Shown here piece by piece: positions 62,584 through 64,000 of a stretch of DNA of 64,000 nt; within the stretch, counting starts at the first letter, position 1, and each line of letters begins with the position of its first letter. Both the position numbers and the translations under genes were made by a program. The notes under the pieces are model-generated. The model did not search any database, was not told the origin of the DNA, and saw nothing but the letters and a program-made list of their open reading frames with translations. Source of the DNA: Basidiobolus meristosporus CBS 931.73 (Eukaryota; Fungi; Basidiobolomycota); assembly GCA_002104905.1 (NCBI GenBank), contig MCFE01000348.1, positions 25,434 through 89,433 on the forward strand, read 5' to 3'.

Positions 62584-63369
62584 ATGGAAGCAGGCAGTAG
62601 CCGGGTAGATGCCAGGAGTGAAGGTAGAGTACAAAGAGAGCGAGGAAGGGGACAAGGACGCGGAAGAGGACGCGGAACCGGGCGCGGAAGAGGAAGAGGG
62701 CAAGGAAGTGGCCAAATCCAAGAGGAGCGTGAAGGAGGTGTTGCAGCAAACGTGGATGATGCTGAGCAAGTTGCTGTAGTCACTACCAGGCGGCCGGTCA
62801 ACCAAGTTTCCCAAGCATTGTCAGAGGTTCGACAAGAGCTTCCGGAATATAGGACAACATCGCACCATGAGATATTGCGACGTATGTGCCAGGAGATTAA
62901 ACAGAGGAGGGGTGATATTGTAAAGCTAAATCGGGATATTGCTGGACTTCAAGCCCAGATTGATTTCAGTTTCCACCATTCTACTGAGGCATTAGTGGCA
63001 CAAATGGTGGAAAAGTTTGCCCGCATCAGGGCAAGCGATGAGCAGGATGCATCTTCCGACCCAGGTGTACTTGCGAGCGACAGTATTGGAGGGGATACTA
63101 CTTCCTCCCTCGAACCTACCACAAGCCAAGAGACAAGAGCAGAATCCTCCACAACAATGAGAATGGCCCCCACGCAGGTTGATATGGAAGTGTGCGAAGA
63201 AGACGTGGAGAAGCAGAGTGGGGATACTATAGGCCAACCAGAAACTGTAATGGAGGCGGAGAGACCAAGTCATATTGTCATCTTAAAAATACCACAGGTT
63301 GATTCATCGCTATCACTTCCCCCATCATCACTATCTGTGCCCCCATCACCACCGCCATCCTCTGGCTAA
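62584..63369 (+). CDS. Hypothetical protein with RG-rich tract, coiled coil and Ser/Pro-rich tail
   Basis: 261-aa ORF; GRGQGRGRGRGTGRGRGRG; followed by AATAAA. Confidence 0.6.
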   Translation: MEAGSSRVDARSEGRVQRERGRGQGRGRGRGTGRGRGRGQGSGQIQEEREGGVAANVDDAEQVAVVTTRRPVNQVSQALSEVRQELPEYRTTSHHEILRRMCQEIKQRRGDIVKLNRDIAGLQAQIDFSFHHSTEALVAQMVEKFARIRASDEQDASSDPGVLASDSIGGDTTSSLEPTTSQETRAESSTTMRMAPTQVDMEVCEEDVEKQSGDTIGQPETVMEAERPSHIVILKIPQVDSSLSLPPSSLSVPPSPPPSSG

Positions 63370-63560
63370 CTTGAGTAAATAAAGAATTTCCACCATCCCA
63401 AATCAATGAATTGACAAGTAATAAGTTGAACTGATAAGATTGACGATTTACAGACTAATATATGTAAAGTATGTAGTACTTAAGAGCTTTCAAGTTGTGG
63501 TGTATTATCAAGTATTCACCGTCACATAAATCACGCAGCAGTTGTTGTATCCCTATCCCA

Positions 63561-64000
63561 ATGGCATTAGAAGCCAGCAGTTACAAGGAGCATCGGAAAA
63601 ATTTTGGCGTTTACCTGGCGACGGTGGCAGGTGTAACAAAACGCAGCTATTGCTCGATGACCATTACCCCGTCTATGAGATACTTGCTATTATATGGAGG
63701 GTATTCTGTTGAGCACTTTCAAGACAGCAAAATATCCCCGCCTTATGATGAGCGTATAGGTGAAGAAACATCCGGCCGTGGAATACTCTATGAGCCCAGC
63801 TCAAGGTTCAAATGATTCACCTTGCAGATCTACACGGTGATGAAGACATCACAGTGACAGTTCTCCCGACTCCAGACAACATATCAACTACAGAGGCAGC
63901 CAAAGGGGTGATTTTAATTGGCAACAGCTGTGCTAGTGACCACGAGAATCTCTACATATATGGTGGTTTTGAGCTGAGCCGTAGAGAATACTCAGGGCGA
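63561..64000 (+). CDS. Possible Kelch-like protein, cut by the window edge
   Basis: YLLLYGGY and NLYIYGGF; a putative GT-AG intron at ~63761-63828 joins the two frames. Confidence 0.4.

Noticed and set aside
63561-64000. Kelch-like ORF as RAG2-like (RAG transposon)
   Set aside because: Only two generic YGG motifs are visible, and no RAG1/Transib transposase or RSS-like TIR is seen

Overview
Eukaryotic DNA, most likely from an early-diverging fungus (Zoopagomycota/Mucoromycota-like; inferred from short GT-AG introns, COG8/NSE2/ATO homologues and TTAGGG-type hexamers). Three parts. (1) 1-26.9 kb is a CpG-depleted nest of transposable elements. Two decayed En/Spm (CACTA)-like Tnp2 elements carry five insertions of one PHIS/Pangu-like family with 3-bp ANT target duplications: two ~3.4-kb DDE_Tnp_4 elements forming a large inverted repeat, and three fully palindromic MITEs. 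A complete Ty3/gypsy element with an extra 3' ORF sits inside one of the 3.4-kb elements, and copia relics follow. (2) 27-45.3 kb is a compact, CpG-normal gene island: membrane protein, ATO/GPR1 transporter, Cys-rich membrane protein, ankyrin protein, NSE2/MMS21, COG8, alpha-arrestin, thioredoxin, FMO, LRRC41-like LRR protein, MoaB/CinA-like protein and a SIM-RING ligase. (3) 45.5-64 kb is TE-rich again but holds a self-sufficient P450-reductase fusion with an unusual N-terminal domain, an intronless SdsA1/BDS1-type alkylsulfatase, piggyBac and copia relics, an ORF1-type retroelement remnant tied to telomere-like hexamers, a 155-bp tandem array with a Helitron-like end, and unknown/Kelch-like ORFs. 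All family calls are by-eye motif recognition and alignments were done manually; no database search was run.
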